Assembly (NCBI GenBank): GCA_022969815.1
Contig: GCA_022969815.1_4535.1
Direction: 5' to 3' (one strand)
DNA from: Escherichia coli
GTDB taxonomy: Bacteria > Pseudomonadota > Gammaproteobacteria > Enterobacterales > Enterobacteriaceae
DNA: 64,000 bases
Shown: positions 47,924 through 57,135 of the stretch, piece after piece
Numbering within the stretch: position 1 is the first letter of the stretch
Layout of the letters: every line of letters begins with the position of its first letter
Notes under the pieces: generated by a model
What the model saw: only the letters and a program-made list of their open reading frames with translations
What the model was told of the DNA's origin: nothing
Databases searched by the model: none
Translations under genes and position numbers: made by a program

Positions 47924-48762
47924 AAACATATTTAGTATTGGGTGGTAATGGTCAATTAGGTCAGGCACTGCGTAAAGTGGTGCCGGAGAATGTGACTTTG
48001 GTGTATCCAGAAAAGCGTGTAGATATCACCAGTTTTGAAGCTGTAAGAAAAGCGATCATGGACACCCCAAATATTAACGGTGTTATCAACTGTGCGGCAT
48101 ACACTGCGGTGGACAAAGCAGAGACAGATGTTGATGCAGCTATGGCTGTAAATTTACACGGGGCAGCTAATATTGCTGCCTTCTGTAAGGCTTGGGATAT
48201 TGACATGGTGCATATTTCTACTGACTATGTGTTCAACAGCGATAAACCGTTGTTCCATCAGGATGAACCCAACCCTATCAATGTTTACGGGTTATCTAAA
48301 AGTTTGGGTGAAGCTGCTGTTCGTGGTATCTACCATAAAGCTTTTATTATCCGCACGGCTTCTGTGTATAGCGAGTTTGGTAACAACTTCCTGAAGACTA
48401 TGGTATCTCGTTACAACGATGGTCAAAGAGACTTCTCGGTAGTTGCAGATCAAACATCTCGACCAACTTATGCCCCAGATTTGGCTAAGATGATTTTCCA
48501 AGTGTTGGAAACAGGATATAACACCCGTACTTTGCATTACGCTGGGAACATCACTGTTTCGTGGCACCAGTTCGCAAAAATGATATTGACACGTATGCCT
48601 GAATCTGTTATTATACACCCGACCTCTGCTGCAACCTATAATTCGGCAGCGATGCGACCAGCAAAGTCTATACTAATTACGTCTGGTTGGAACGAACCTT
48701 CAAGCGTCAGACAAGGTATTGAAGAATCTTTAGCAGTATTACTTAATAAGGAGAGAGCATGA
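47920..48762 (+). CDS. rmlD: dTDP-4-dehydrorhamnose reductase
   Basis: N-terminal LVLGGNGQLGQAL Rossmann motif; 280 aa; last gene of the four-gene rml block. Confidence 0.75.
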   Translation: MKTYLVLGGNGQLGQALRKVVPENVTLVYPEKRVDITSFEAVRKAIMDTPNINGVINCAAYTAVDKAETDVDAAMAVNLHGAANIAAFCKAWDIDMVHISTDYVFNSDKPLFHQDEPNPINVYGLSKSLGEAAVRGIYHKAFIIRTASVYSEFGNNFLKTMVSRYNDGQRDFSVVADQTSRPTYAPDLAKMIFQVLETGYNTRTLHYAGNITVSWHQFAKMILTRMPESVIIHPTSAATYNSAAMRPAKSILITSGWNEPSSVRQGIEESLAVLLNKERA

Positions 48763-49019
48763 ATTTTGTAATTTACGGCAAACCAAATTGCCAGTTCTGT
48801 GAAATGTCCAAACAACTCTTAACTATGCGTGAAAAAGAGTTTGAATATCTGACATTAGATCAGGATTATGATTTTGAAGTGATGACTCAAGCAGTGATCG
48901 CAGCAACAGGAATTGCACCTCGCACCTTCCCGCAGATTTTTGTGGAAGAGCTTGGAGCAGTAACCCACGTAGGCGGTTTTACCGAACTGCGTGATTTCAT
49001 GGCTCAAATTGCGGAGTAA
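48759..49019 (+). CDS. glutaredoxin-like protein (NrdH-like)
   Basis: 86 aa with CQFC redox motif near N-terminus. Confidence 0.65.
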   Translation: MNFVIYGKPNCQFCEMSKQLLTMREKEFEYLTLDQDYDFEVMTQAVIAATGIAPRTFPQIFVEELGAVTHVGGFTELRDFMAQIAE

Positions 49020-49024
49020 TATAA

Positions 49025-49174
49025 ATGAAAAGTAAACAGAAACGTAAGATCTTTTCTCGTGCTTTAGCAAACGAGCTTAAGTCCAACACAAAGAAGACGA
49101 AACCGAAACGTGAGACTTCTCCTGAACATTTACTGTTTGACGAACTGGATCACGGAGTAGAGGACGACGAATAA
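49025..49174 (+). CDS. hypothetical small basic protein (49 aa)
   Basis: Fills gap before lysozyme gene; below ORF-track cutoff. Confidence 0.3.
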   Translation: MKSKQKRKIFSRALANELKSNTKKTKPKRETSPEHLLFDELDHGVEDDE

Positions 49175-49182
49175 AGGAAAAC

Positions 49183-49686
49183 ATGGCTAAAAAAGTAGTA
49201 GATGAGTTTGACATGTTGGCTGTTGATGAAGGACTGAAGCTGACTGTTTACCCAGACACCTTGGGATATTGGACAGTCGGCATTGGACACCTCTTAACTA
49301 AAAAGAAAGATAAGGCGGAAGCTATTCGTATTCTGGATGCTCTTGTTGGTCGCAAGACTAACGGAGTTATCACAGAGAAAGAAGCCCGTGCTATCTTTGC
49401 TGACGATGTTGAAAAGGCGAAAAAACAGATTAAAAACAGTTCCATTCTTGCCCCAATTTATGATAAGGTGAGTGAAACCCGTAAACTGGCAATCATCAAT
49501 ATGGTGTTCCAGTTGGGGTTAACCGGAACGGAAGGCTTTAAAAATAGCTTGACTTTAATCAGTAATTCGTACTATACTCAAGCTGGTAAAAACATGAGAG
49601 CCAGTAAATGGTACTCTCAAACGCCAAACCGTGCAGAACGAGTAATCAAGGTTCTAACATCTGGGACTCTTGATTCTTACAACTAA
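49183..49686 (+). CDS. endolysin, T4 lysozyme family (GH24)
   Basis: DEGLKLTVYPDTLGYWTVGIGHLL and later blocks closely parallel T4 gene e lysozyme along the full 167 aa. Confidence 0.9.
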   Translation: MAKKVVDEFDMLAVDEGLKLTVYPDTLGYWTVGIGHLLTKKKDKAEAIRILDALVGRKTNGVITEKEARAIFADDVEKAKKQIKNSSILAPIYDKVSETRKLAIINMVFQLGLTGTEGFKNSLTLISNSYYTQAGKNMRASKWYSQTPNRAERVIKVLTSGTLDSYN

Positions 49687-49687
49687 C

Positions 49688-49710
49688 AAAGGGGCGCAAG
49701 CCCCTTCTAT
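49688..49710 (+). terminator. putative rho-independent terminator
   Basis: GGGGCGCAAGCCCC hairpin with short T tract. Confidence 0.4.
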
Positions 49711-49723
49711 AAGGAGTGCTACT

Positions 49724-50479
49724 ATGGGAAAAACAGCTACCGCTAAATCACCGCGCCAGAAGTTAGCTTCTAATGCGAAAGTAGAAAGTCGTTATGCTGC
49801 AAAAGCAGTTGGAAATGATGACTATCGTTTAGATGGGTTTTCACCAGAAGGAGATCAGCAACAAATCGTTCAAAGTATGATCTGGAATGATCTTACAGTC
49901 GTAAATGCTCCAGCAGGGACAGGCAAGACTTCCGTGACTTTATGGAAAGCTTTGCAGATGCTTCGAGCAGGAGATTTCCGTAAGCTTCTTTTTATTAAAA
50001 ACCCGACTGAAGTTGGTGATGATCAGATTGGTTTCCTTTCAGGAGATAAAACTGATAAACTGGCGGCGCACTACGAATCAACCAAACGAATCTTCCAGCA
50101 GTTTATGACTGCAAACAAATTAGAGAATGATATTGGTTCCGGTAAGATTGAACTTAATATCCCGAACTACCTACTGGGTGCTACCCTGGACAACACTATC
50201 GTGATCATTGATGAAGCACAGCTTATGTCTCCAGAAACATTAAAACTTCTGGTAGAGCGTGCAGGGATCAACACTCATGTTGTTGTTCTTGGAGATGTTC
50301 GTCAAACCTACGCTATCAAAAAGCGTGCAAACGGTTTGAAAGATCTTCTTGACAAAGTTGCCCCTGAAGGTGAAGATGGTGTTCGTGTCCCTCTGGTAGA
50401 CTTTATCGGTTATGTGCAGTTAACCACAGATGACAACAAACGATCTCGTTTGTCTAAGTTCATCACGGAAATTTATTAA
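49724..50479 (+). CDS. phoH: PhoH-like ATPase
   Basis: Walker A NAPAGTGKT and Walker B-like IVIIDEAQ; AAGGAG RBS before ATG at 49724. Confidence 0.75.
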   Translation: MGKTATAKSPRQKLASNAKVESRYAAKAVGNDDYRLDGFSPEGDQQQIVQSMIWNDLTVVNAPAGTGKTSVTLWKALQMLRAGDFRKLLFIKNPTEVGDDQIGFLSGDKTDKLAAHYESTKRIFQQFMTANKLENDIGSGKIELNIPNYLLGATLDNTIVIIDEAQLMSPETLKLLVERAGINTHVVVLGDVRQTYAIKKRANGLKDLLDKVAPEGEDGVRVPLVDFIGYVQLTTDDNKRSRLSKFITEIY

Positions 50480-50517
50480 TAACAAAAAGCAAGGATGCTT
50501 TATTAAAGGGAGGGTCG

Positions 50518-51015
50518 ATGGTACAGACAATTATAGATCGGACTGGTATTGATGAATGTTACCAAACTGGGCTTGTGAAGCCTAACGAGTTCCGACAGAT
50601 TTGCGTGAATCATATTGAGAAAGAAATTGCACTAACTTTGGAGAACCTTACCCTCCGAGACAAGCTGTCAATGTTTGTGGCTTGGTGTAAAGGTGAAGAT
50701 TGGTTATTGGCCCATTTTCAAGAACTTTCTGATAGTCAAGAAGGCTTATATGAATGTATAATAGGAATAGCTGGCTCCAATCCTGAACTTCTCCATTTGG
50801 AAGAAGAAGAGGCGAAGTTACTGTTCTTAAGCAACATGTTCAATCGTAAAGCATTGCTTGTTCGTGAGTGTAGTGATCTTTTAAATCATCCACTGGCGAT
50901 CACAAACGAAATACTGGTTGACAAAGAGACATTACGTGCGATAGACTATCTGCGCAAGTATGTCAACGGCGGGAAAGCAGTTCTTAAAACATTAACAGAG
51001 GAGGAAGCAGAATGA
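50518..51015 (+). CDS. hypothetical protein
   Basis: GGAGGG RBS. Confidence 0.5.
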   Translation: MVQTIIDRTGIDECYQTGLVKPNEFRQICVNHIEKEIALTLENLTLRDKLSMFVAWCKGEDWLLAHFQELSDSQEGLYECIIGIAGSNPELLHLEEEEAKLLFLSNMFNRKALLVRECSDLLNHPLAITNEILVDKETLRAIDYLRKYVNGGKAVLKTLTEEEAE

Positions 51016-51698
51016 CTACAATTATCGCAACCAAAAACAAGATCCTTAGCGACGGTAAAGTAACTTTCGGTGGTCGTGTAGATTCGACCAATTTCAAGAA
51101 AGTACGTAAAATTGGGGATTATCTCGTAGGTGGTGCAGGGCGTTTAACTTCGGTTTTAGCTTTCTTCCAGTGGTTCGAACAGAACCTGCAATGTGAAGCG
51201 GCGCGTGAGGCAGTGCCTGGATTGATGATCAGTTCTAACCCTGATCGTGAAGATGAAGAGTTTATTGCTCTCGTTGTTCACCCAGACGGACGTATTTTCC
51301 TACATGAAGGTAATGATCCTACCCGTGCATACCCAATCGACGAAGAATATTACGCAGTAGGTAGTGGTTCCGATTTCGCGCTCGCAGCCCTGGACGGCGG
51401 TGCTTCGCCAGAAGCTGCTATGGAAGTTGCCAAGAAGCGTGACGCATACTCTGGTGGCGAAACCTTCGTTGAAGAATTAGACGAGATCATCGAACTGACT
51501 GATGAAGATCTCGAAAACTTCACCAAACAAGAACTGATCAACCTGCTTAAGTTTGGTAATCCTGCTGGTGAAGAAACTCCTCGTGACGTGGCAGGTGACG
51601 AGACGGTAGAAGAAGTTGTAGTAGAAAAAGACTTGACTTCAAAACCGGAAAATATTAATCTCGTAAATGTAGCGGATTTCGAGAATCCCGCTTCTTAA
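51012..51698 (+). CDS. HslV/proteasome beta-like Ntn-hydrolase with acidic C-terminal extension, putative
   Basis: Thr at position 2 (MTTIIATKN...), GGAGR and YYAVGSGSDFALAALDGG blocks parallel HslV; about 60-aa acidic tail. Confidence 0.45.
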   Translation: MTTIIATKNKILSDGKVTFGGRVDSTNFKKVRKIGDYLVGGAGRLTSVLAFFQWFEQNLQCEAAREAVPGLMISSNPDREDEEFIALVVHPDGRIFLHEGNDPTRAYPIDEEYYAVGSGSDFALAALDGGASPEAAMEVAKKRDAYSGGETFVEELDEIIELTDEDLENFTKQELINLLKFGNPAGEETPRDVAGDETVEEVVVEKDLTSKPENINLVNVADFENPAS

Positions 51699-51704
51699 TA
51701 AAAC

Positions 51705-51730
51705 TGCCCCTTCGGGGGCATTTCTTACGC
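51705..51730 (+). terminator. putative rho-independent terminator
   Basis: GCCCCTTCGGGGGC hairpin followed by T-containing tract. Confidence 0.4.
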
Positions 51731-51743
51731 AGAGGAGATTATT

Positions 51744-52181
51744 ATGTTGAACGTTCCTGTTAAATTCGTCGATAGCTGTGTTAATGCTTACCAACAAACT
51801 TGTAAACGTGCCTCAAACTGTTTGCAGTCTTTGATTCAAACGCGGTACGTGATCCAAAAGAAAAGAAAGTGGTTTGGTAAGGATTCTTATAGTGTTAATG
51901 CGTTCGGGGAGTATCAACTCCAGTATGACGATAACATGCAACACATCTTAGAGTTTTTACTGATAAAAGATAAAATCTCCCCTGCGGATTACCAGTTACT
52001 TAAATTCTACGATCAGAGTTTGTCTATTGAGGAAGTTATTCAAGATATCCTTTCTCGTAAGACAGATAAGAACACTGTTGGTATTACAAACTTAGAGATG
52101 CAATTGCTCAATGAGATCTTTTTGTTTGTGGAAGATGAGTCTGTAACTAAGGAGGAGCTTTTAAATGGCTTTAAGCTATGA
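51744..52181 (+). CDS. hypothetical protein
   Basis: AGAGGAG RBS. Confidence 0.5.
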   Translation: MLNVPVKFVDSCVNAYQQTCKRASNCLQSLIQTRYVIQKKRKWFGKDSYSVNAFGEYQLQYDDNMQHILEFLLIKDKISPADYQLLKFYDQSLSIEEVIQDILSRKTDKNTVGITNLEMQLLNEIFLFVEDESVTKEELLNGFKL

Positions 52182-52674
52182 TCGTCCAGAGTCCGATTAC
52201 TATCCGACTCCGCAAAAAGCGATTAACTCGTTATTTAGCATTATTGATTTTAAAAATTTGAAAGAGGAAGGATTTACATTTGCAGAACCGTGTAAAGGAC
52301 AAGCAGCGGCTATTTACCGTCACTTTCCTGAAGGTTCTCAGTATTGTGAGCTTGAAGAAGGTAAAGATTATTTTAGTCACGTATGGGAAAATCGTCCCGA
52401 CATTATAATCACGAACCCTCCATTCAAGCTGGCATTAGAGTTCTTGGAAAAGAGCTTGAAAGAAGCAGACGTGTCAGTCTACCTGCTTCGCCTGGGATTC
52501 CTTGAGTCAAAGAAACGTCGAGCGTTTCATCAAGAAAACCCACCTACGAATTTGATTGTACTCTCCGAACGTCCTTCGTTCGTAGCAGGTGGAACAGATA
52601 AGACAGCGTATGCTTGGTACGTATACGATCCAAAACAAATTTTGGGTCTAACTCAACCATTTTATTTCGTTTAA
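52165..52674 (+). CDS. DNA N6-adenine methyltransferase (small phage Dam-like), putative
   Basis: DYYPTP near N-terminus and catalytic IIITNPPF (NPPF/Y motif IV). Confidence 0.55.
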   Translation: MALSYDRPESDYYPTPQKAINSLFSIIDFKNLKEEGFTFAEPCKGQAAAIYRHFPEGSQYCELEEGKDYFSHVWENRPDIIITNPPFKLALEFLEKSLKEADVSVYLLRLGFLESKKRRAFHQENPPTNLIVLSERPSFVAGGTDKTAYAWYVYDPKQILGLTQPFYFV

Positions 52675-52684
52675 GGAGCACACT

Positions 52685-52921
52685 ATGGCTAAATTTACTA
52701 TGACCGTTTCTATTGATTTTGATGATGAGGACGGAGGCATTAACTTAGGTATTGCTCAGAGCCTGGAAGGTGATTTGAACCCGACACAAGCAGCTATGGC
52801 GGTATTCTTTAAAGATGCCATAACAGTTACAGCAACACATTCTGCAAATCAAACTGTAGATTACGGTAGCATGGTTCAAGCCTTGGTTGATGCTCAAAAC
52901 GGTGAAGATTGGGATGATTAA
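52685..52921 (+). CDS. hypothetical protein
   Basis: AAGGAG RBS. Confidence 0.5.
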   Translation: MAKFTMTVSIDFDDEDGGINLGIAQSLEGDLNPTQAAMAVFFKDAITVTATHSANQTVDYGSMVQALVDAQNGEDWDD

Positions 52922-53124
52922 TGGCTTATAATTATTATTGCGTTTACGCAAATGAAGCAAAGAAAGGCGACACTGGCACTAACGTCTATGCAGAATCAGA
53001 AACACATGCAAAAGAAATTGGTGCGATCCTTCTGTCACGTTGGACAGGTGGTAACTATTCTGCTGTGGATTTGTTCGCAGAAATGGATGATACCATCCAA
53101 GAAGATACTATCACCACAACCTGA
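52921..53124 (+). CDS. hypothetical protein
   Basis: 67-aa ORF with overlapping stop/start. Confidence 0.4.
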   Translation: MAYNYYCVYANEAKKGDTGTNVYAESETHAKEIGAILLSRWTGGNYSAVDLFAEMDDTIQEDTITTT

Positions 53125-53188
53125 TATTGCTTGAAGTAGTTGGTACTCTCCTTGTTTCGGCAAGGAGGGTATTTTTAAGGAGGAAGTT

Positions 53189-53380
53189 ATGCAAGAGAAT
53201 GAAGAGGTAGTTGTTAAAAAGTTCCCGACACGTACACAGGCAGTCAACTTTGCTTCTGATTTGCTTGTAGATGTGGAAGGAGTTCTCATTAGACATGAAG
53301 GGGATTCCTGGAATGTCTCTTATAACGTAAACAGATCAATTATCTATTTAGGAGAAGAGAACTTCTCTCGTATAGATTGA
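53189..53380 (+). CDS. hypothetical protein
   Basis: AAGGAGG RBS. Confidence 0.5.
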   Translation: MQENEEVVVKKFPTRTQAVNFASDLLVDVEGVLIRHEGDSWNVSYNVNRSIIYLGEENFSRID

Positions 53381-53394
53381 TCGAAGGAGTAGTT

Positions 53395-53967
53395 ATGCGT
53401 TCTACTTACACAGGTAAGATTAATTCTGGTATCATTTTAGCAGCAGCAGGAATCATCAGCAAAACTTTCAAAGTGGCAAACCTACCAGAGTGTGTAGATT
53501 TTGACCACGTATTCAATCCGTTAAATCCTTCTCGTTGTGTTGTTCGTAGCAATGTTGAGAATCCAAACGAGAACTTGTTTTATGTAACAGCACCTTCACA
53601 AAGTATTCTGAACCAAGTGGAGGCTAAAATTATTACCGAAGGTAGTTATTTCTCATTACTACCTTGTAAATCGGTGGAGATTGAAGATAGTATCACCTTC
53701 GCAAATAACTTGGTCTTGACCATGTTCATGGTTTCTGATAAAGACTGTGGAGACGATATGGTTTTAGCTGTAAGGAATGTTTACGACACATTGGGTATTG
53801 CTTATAGCTGTAAGTTGTGCGATGATTATAAATCTTGTTCAGACTTTTACATAAATGGTGTTCGGGTATGCCGTGTTGAATCCTACTGGGTGCAAGACAC
53901 ATACGTAACAGTAGCGAACGTGATCAATGAACCTATGTTCAGCCACGCTTTAGCGTTAATCATTTGA
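53395..53967 (+). CDS. hypothetical Cys-rich protein
   Basis: GAAGGAG RBS before ATG at 53395. Confidence 0.45.
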   Translation: MRSTYTGKINSGIILAAAGIISKTFKVANLPECVDFDHVFNPLNPSRCVVRSNVENPNENLFYVTAPSQSILNQVEAKIITEGSYFSLLPCKSVEIEDSITFANNLVLTMFMVSDKDCGDDMVLAVRNVYDTLGIAYSCKLCDDYKSCSDFYINGVRVCRVESYWVQDTYVTVANVINEPMFSHALALII

Positions 53968-53977
53968 GGAGGAAGGA

Positions 53978-54307
53978 ATGGAAATTACTACAGAACAGGC
54001 TCTTATCGACGAAGGGCGTAAAATCTTAGAGAAGCATTTGGGAGATATACATCAAACCCCTGGCTACTTAGGGTGGCGCATGGTTGAAGCTGTAGATTTC
54101 CTTCCTCGTACAAAACAAGACGTTGAAATGCGTTCTCTGTTCTTGCTTGTCAAAGTAGACGGGGATACGCCTTTCAAACTCGCAGCTTCACACATTGAGA
54201 AGGTGGAGGAGAAAGCTTATTCAGAGTTTGCTGAACTCGTATTACAGGAGGATCTCGAAGGGAAGGTAAACATTTTTATTTTTCTGGATTTTGAGGAGGA
54301 GATATGA
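53978..54307 (+). CDS. hypothetical protein
   Basis: GAGGAGG RBS. Confidence 0.5.
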   Translation: MEITTEQALIDEGRKILEKHLGDIHQTPGYLGWRMVEAVDFLPRTKQDVEMRSLFLLVKVDGDTPFKLAASHIEKVEEKAYSEFAELVLQEDLEGKVNIFIFLDFEEEI

Positions 54308-55041
54308 TTTTATATAAAGAGATTACCGTGGAGCAGGATCAAGACCTCTTCATTATCGGGGACTTGCATGGTTGCTACGATCTTTACTTGAAAGGTAAGA
54401 ATTATCTTGGTATCCGAGATACAGATGTGGTTGTGTCTCTCGGAGATTTGACAGATCGTGGTAAACAAAACTTCAAATGTGTTGTGGAATTTACACGCAA
54501 AGAGAATCGTTATGCGCTTTGTGGTAATCACGAAGATATGATGATTAAAGGCTTACTGGAAGGGGATCGTCGTTACTACGAATGTTGGTATCAGAACGGT
54601 GGTCATACGGTATTGGAAGAATGTGATGAAGAAGGATCTACTCTGCTCGCTACGATGGTTGAGGACAACCCTGTGATTTTGGTTGTGAACTATCGAGGTA
54701 TGAAGTTAGGGTTTATTCATGGTGGATATCCTTCCTCTTTTGAATATCTCCCCCTGACAGACATACCACACCTACGTATGAGCAAAGCAAAAGAAGCTAC
54801 TTTCGCTGAAGCTTTGATGTGGGATCGTGATATGGTGGAGTGTGCCAAAGAAGGCATGAAACTTCCGGTTGTTATGGGTGTTGATTATGTGTTTCACGGG
54901 CACTCTTATGTGAAAGAACCTTTGATCAATGCTAATCGTGTTTATATGGACACTGGGTCTGTTTTCAATAACAACTTAACGTTTGCCTATTTTGATGCAG
55001 ACGGTGGACTTCAGTTTTATTCAACTTTACAGGAGGATTAA
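54304..55041 (+). CDS. Ser/Thr protein phosphatase (lambda PPase-like metallophosphatase)
   Basis: GDLHGCYD, GDLTDRG, GNHE motifs in canonical order. Confidence 0.8.
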   Translation: MILYKEITVEQDQDLFIIGDLHGCYDLYLKGKNYLGIRDTDVVVSLGDLTDRGKQNFKCVVEFTRKENRYALCGNHEDMMIKGLLEGDRRYYECWYQNGGHTVLEECDEEGSTLLATMVEDNPVILVVNYRGMKLGFIHGGYPSSFEYLPLTDIPHLRMSKAKEATFAEALMWDRDMVECAKEGMKLPVVMGVDYVFHGHSYVKEPLINANRVYMDTGSVFNNNLTFAYFDADGGLQFYSTLQED

Positions 55042-55334
55042 TGTATAAAATTACAATCGTAGAATCTGTGGGCGAGATTCGTAAAGAAATTATTCTGGAG
55101 ACGGAAGATCTGGAACTGGTACGTGAAATCATAATTGGGAAGGATGTAGATAAGGTTGAGTCGGACGCTCCGAATCTGATGATCGATGATCAATATGCAG
55201 AATTTCGTCGTATTTTTGAGGAGGAAAGGAAGAAGTGGGGCAAAGAACCACACGTTTTTCGTCCTTATAATCCATATCCTTCTGGTGATCCGTGGATCAT
55301 GACTAACAGAAACCCGTTTGAAATAACCTGTTGA
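55041..55334 (+). CDS. hypothetical protein
   Basis: AGGAGG RBS. Confidence 0.5.
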   Translation: MYKITIVESVGEIRKEIILETEDLELVREIIIGKDVDKVESDAPNLMIDDQYAEFRRIFEEERKKWGKEPHVFRPYNPYPSGDPWIMTNRNPFEITC

Positions 55335-55342
55335 GGTGGCCT

Positions 55343-55921
55343 ATGAGCAACCTATTTTACACAGGTGTGGGAAGTCGAGAGATAACCCACGAAGAATGGG
55401 ATTTAATGGTCGCTGTAGCAAAGTGGTTGGCTAACTGTGGTTTTACTTTACGTTCAGGTAATGCAAACGGTAGTGACTCTGCTTTCGAAACTGGTGTAGA
55501 AGAATCTAAAAACAAAACTCTCAAGGAGATTTATATCCCTTGGGAGAAGTTTGAAGGCAATGATATCCCAGGTGAGAAGATAGTGCTTGCTAATCCTGAC
55601 AGTATGAACTATGCTATCAGTCTCCAGTGGATAAAGGAAATCCATCCAGCATTTGATAAACTTAAACAAGGTGCACGTAAATTGCATCAACGCAACGTTC
55701 ATCAGGTGTTGGGACAAGATCTGGAGCATCCCGTGCCTTCCTTATTCTTATTGGCATGTTCCAAAGAGGATAAGAAGGGAGATGTTATGGGCGGAACAAG
55801 GACGGCGTGGCTCATCGCTAAAGCTAATAACGTTCCATGTTTTAACTTACGTGGTAAAACAAAGGAAGAACTTTATGCTTTTCTTAAACCGTTGGTCAAG
55901 GGGGCAATCAGTGGCAATTAA
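55343..55921 (+). CDS. DprA/SLOG-family Rossmann-fold protein, putative
   Basis: YTGVGSRE and LRSGNANGSDSAFETG resemble DprA/Smf blocks; ATG at 55343. Confidence 0.35.
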   Translation: MSNLFYTGVGSREITHEEWDLMVAVAKWLANCGFTLRSGNANGSDSAFETGVEESKNKTLKEIYIPWEKFEGNDIPGEKIVLANPDSMNYAISLQWIKEIHPAFDKLKQGARKLHQRNVHQVLGQDLEHPVPSLFLLACSKEDKKGDVMGGTRTAWLIAKANNVPCFNLRGKTKEELYAFLKPLVKGAISGN

Positions 55922-56435
55922 GTTAAATCGTGCAAACGTAGGTAATCGTTTTAACCTTAGCCGTATAAACGAGGATACAGATGTTACAGCAGATATTGAA
56001 AAAATCATGCAGGGTATTGTCCATCACGGTTTGCGTTTTGCCAGGGATTTGGTAATCTTCCGTTATGACGGAGAAGATGATCGTTCAAAGAATGATGGGA
56101 TTATCTTCGTAGATAAAGATTTAACCCAAGCAGATATTGAACAGATCAACCGTTATTTTATTGGTGTAGGGGATCTTCAAGACACGCAGCTTGCACGTAT
56201 GGCAGAAATTCTGGCGAATAAATTGTTGCAAGATATCGGAAAAGTTCTTGACAAAAATCCAAAACATGTTATAGTGACTATCCACAAAATGAGTTTTATT
56301 AAGTATCTTAACAAACCTGGTAAACTGGGTTATGGATGGATACGCACAAGTGGACCACAAACCACTCTCGAAACCGAGATGTGCTATACAATTGAAGAAG
56401 TAAAACGTGAGGAGGAAGAAAATGGCGGAATTTAA
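55911..56435 (+). CDS. hypothetical protein
   Basis: GTG start at 55911 with AAGGGGG RBS; upstream part of ORF 55653..56435 lies inside the preceding gene. Confidence 0.35.
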   Translation: MAIKLNRANVGNRFNLSRINEDTDVTADIEKIMQGIVHHGLRFARDLVIFRYDGEDDRSKNDGIIFVDKDLTQADIEQINRYFIGVGDLQDTQLARMAEILANKLLQDIGKVLDKNPKHVIVTIHKMSFIKYLNKPGKLGYGWIRTSGPQTTLETEMCYTIEEVKREEEENGGI

Positions 56436-56712
56436 TGAAGTGAAAAGTTACGAAAGCAACTTCGTAAGCAATTGGGAAGCATGGGATGAGATGGGTGTTG
56501 GTGAACTCTATTTCTACAATGTAACCCTTCGTCCAGAATATCAACATCTCATTCCAGAAGGCACTGTGCAGATCGGTATGTTCATGTCTTCTCAAGACGG
56601 TGTTGTGCAGTTTGAGTTTTACTCTGACACAGAACTGAACGAATTCACTTATCGTGCATTCAATATCGTATTAGCTTTAGGAGAGGAGAAATTTTATGAC
56701 GACGAAGTATAA
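56422..56712 (+). CDS. hypothetical protein
   Basis: GAGGAGGAAG RBS before ATG at 56422. Confidence 0.45.
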   Translation: MAEFNEVKSYESNFVSNWEAWDEMGVGELYFYNVTLRPEYQHLIPEGTVQIGMFMSSQDGVVQFEFYSDTELNEFTYRAFNIVLALGEEKFYDDEV

Positions 56713-56893
56713 AACAGTAGCAGAAGCACTGAAAGCAGCACACGAAGCCATTGCAGAAGCTGAACAATTGGCTGATGAAACTGGCACAAGTTTTCACTTC
56801 TCAGTTGAATATGGGATGGGTGGTACTTATGACCCAGAAGATGAGAACGAATACACTGGGACCAACTGGCACCCATCTTCCCTCGGTTGTTAA
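56696..56893 (+). CDS. small protein, paralog family member 1 (C-terminal W-x-SS-x-C)
   Basis: GGAGAGGAG RBS; C-terminus GTNWHPSSLGC. Confidence 0.5.
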   Translation: MTTKYKTVAEALKAAHEAIAEAEQLADETGTSFHFSVEYGMGGTYDPEDENEYTGTNWHPSSLGC

Positions 56894-56907
56894 TAAGGAG
56901 AAATAAA

Positions 56908-57126
56908 ATGAGTGATCGTAATGCACAAGCATTAGCAGACAAAGCAAAAGAAATCATGAAGCTTGTGGATGCACTGGCAGCAGAAGCTGAACAGTTTGGT
57001 TTCGGAGTAAGCTTAGAAAATGATGCAATTTCTTTTGAAGATTGGCAGTCTTCCGCTTGCTATGGCGAAGGTGATGATGGTTTCACCGTGGATTCGGATG
57101 GTGTTTGGTACAGCAGTAATTGTTAA
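56908..57126 (+). CDS. small protein, paralog family member 2
   Basis: AAGGAG RBS; C-terminus DGVWYSSNC. Confidence 0.5.
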   Translation: MSDRNAQALADKAKEIMKLVDALAAEAEQFGFGVSLENDAISFEDWQSSACYGEGDDGFTVDSDGVWYSSNC

Positions 57127-57135
57127 GGAGGGATC

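Noticed and set aside
55653-55910. N-terminal 86 codons of ORF 55653..56435
   Set aside because: They lie within the DprA/SLOG-like gene in another frame; a GTG at 55911 with a good RBS gives a non-overlapping gene.
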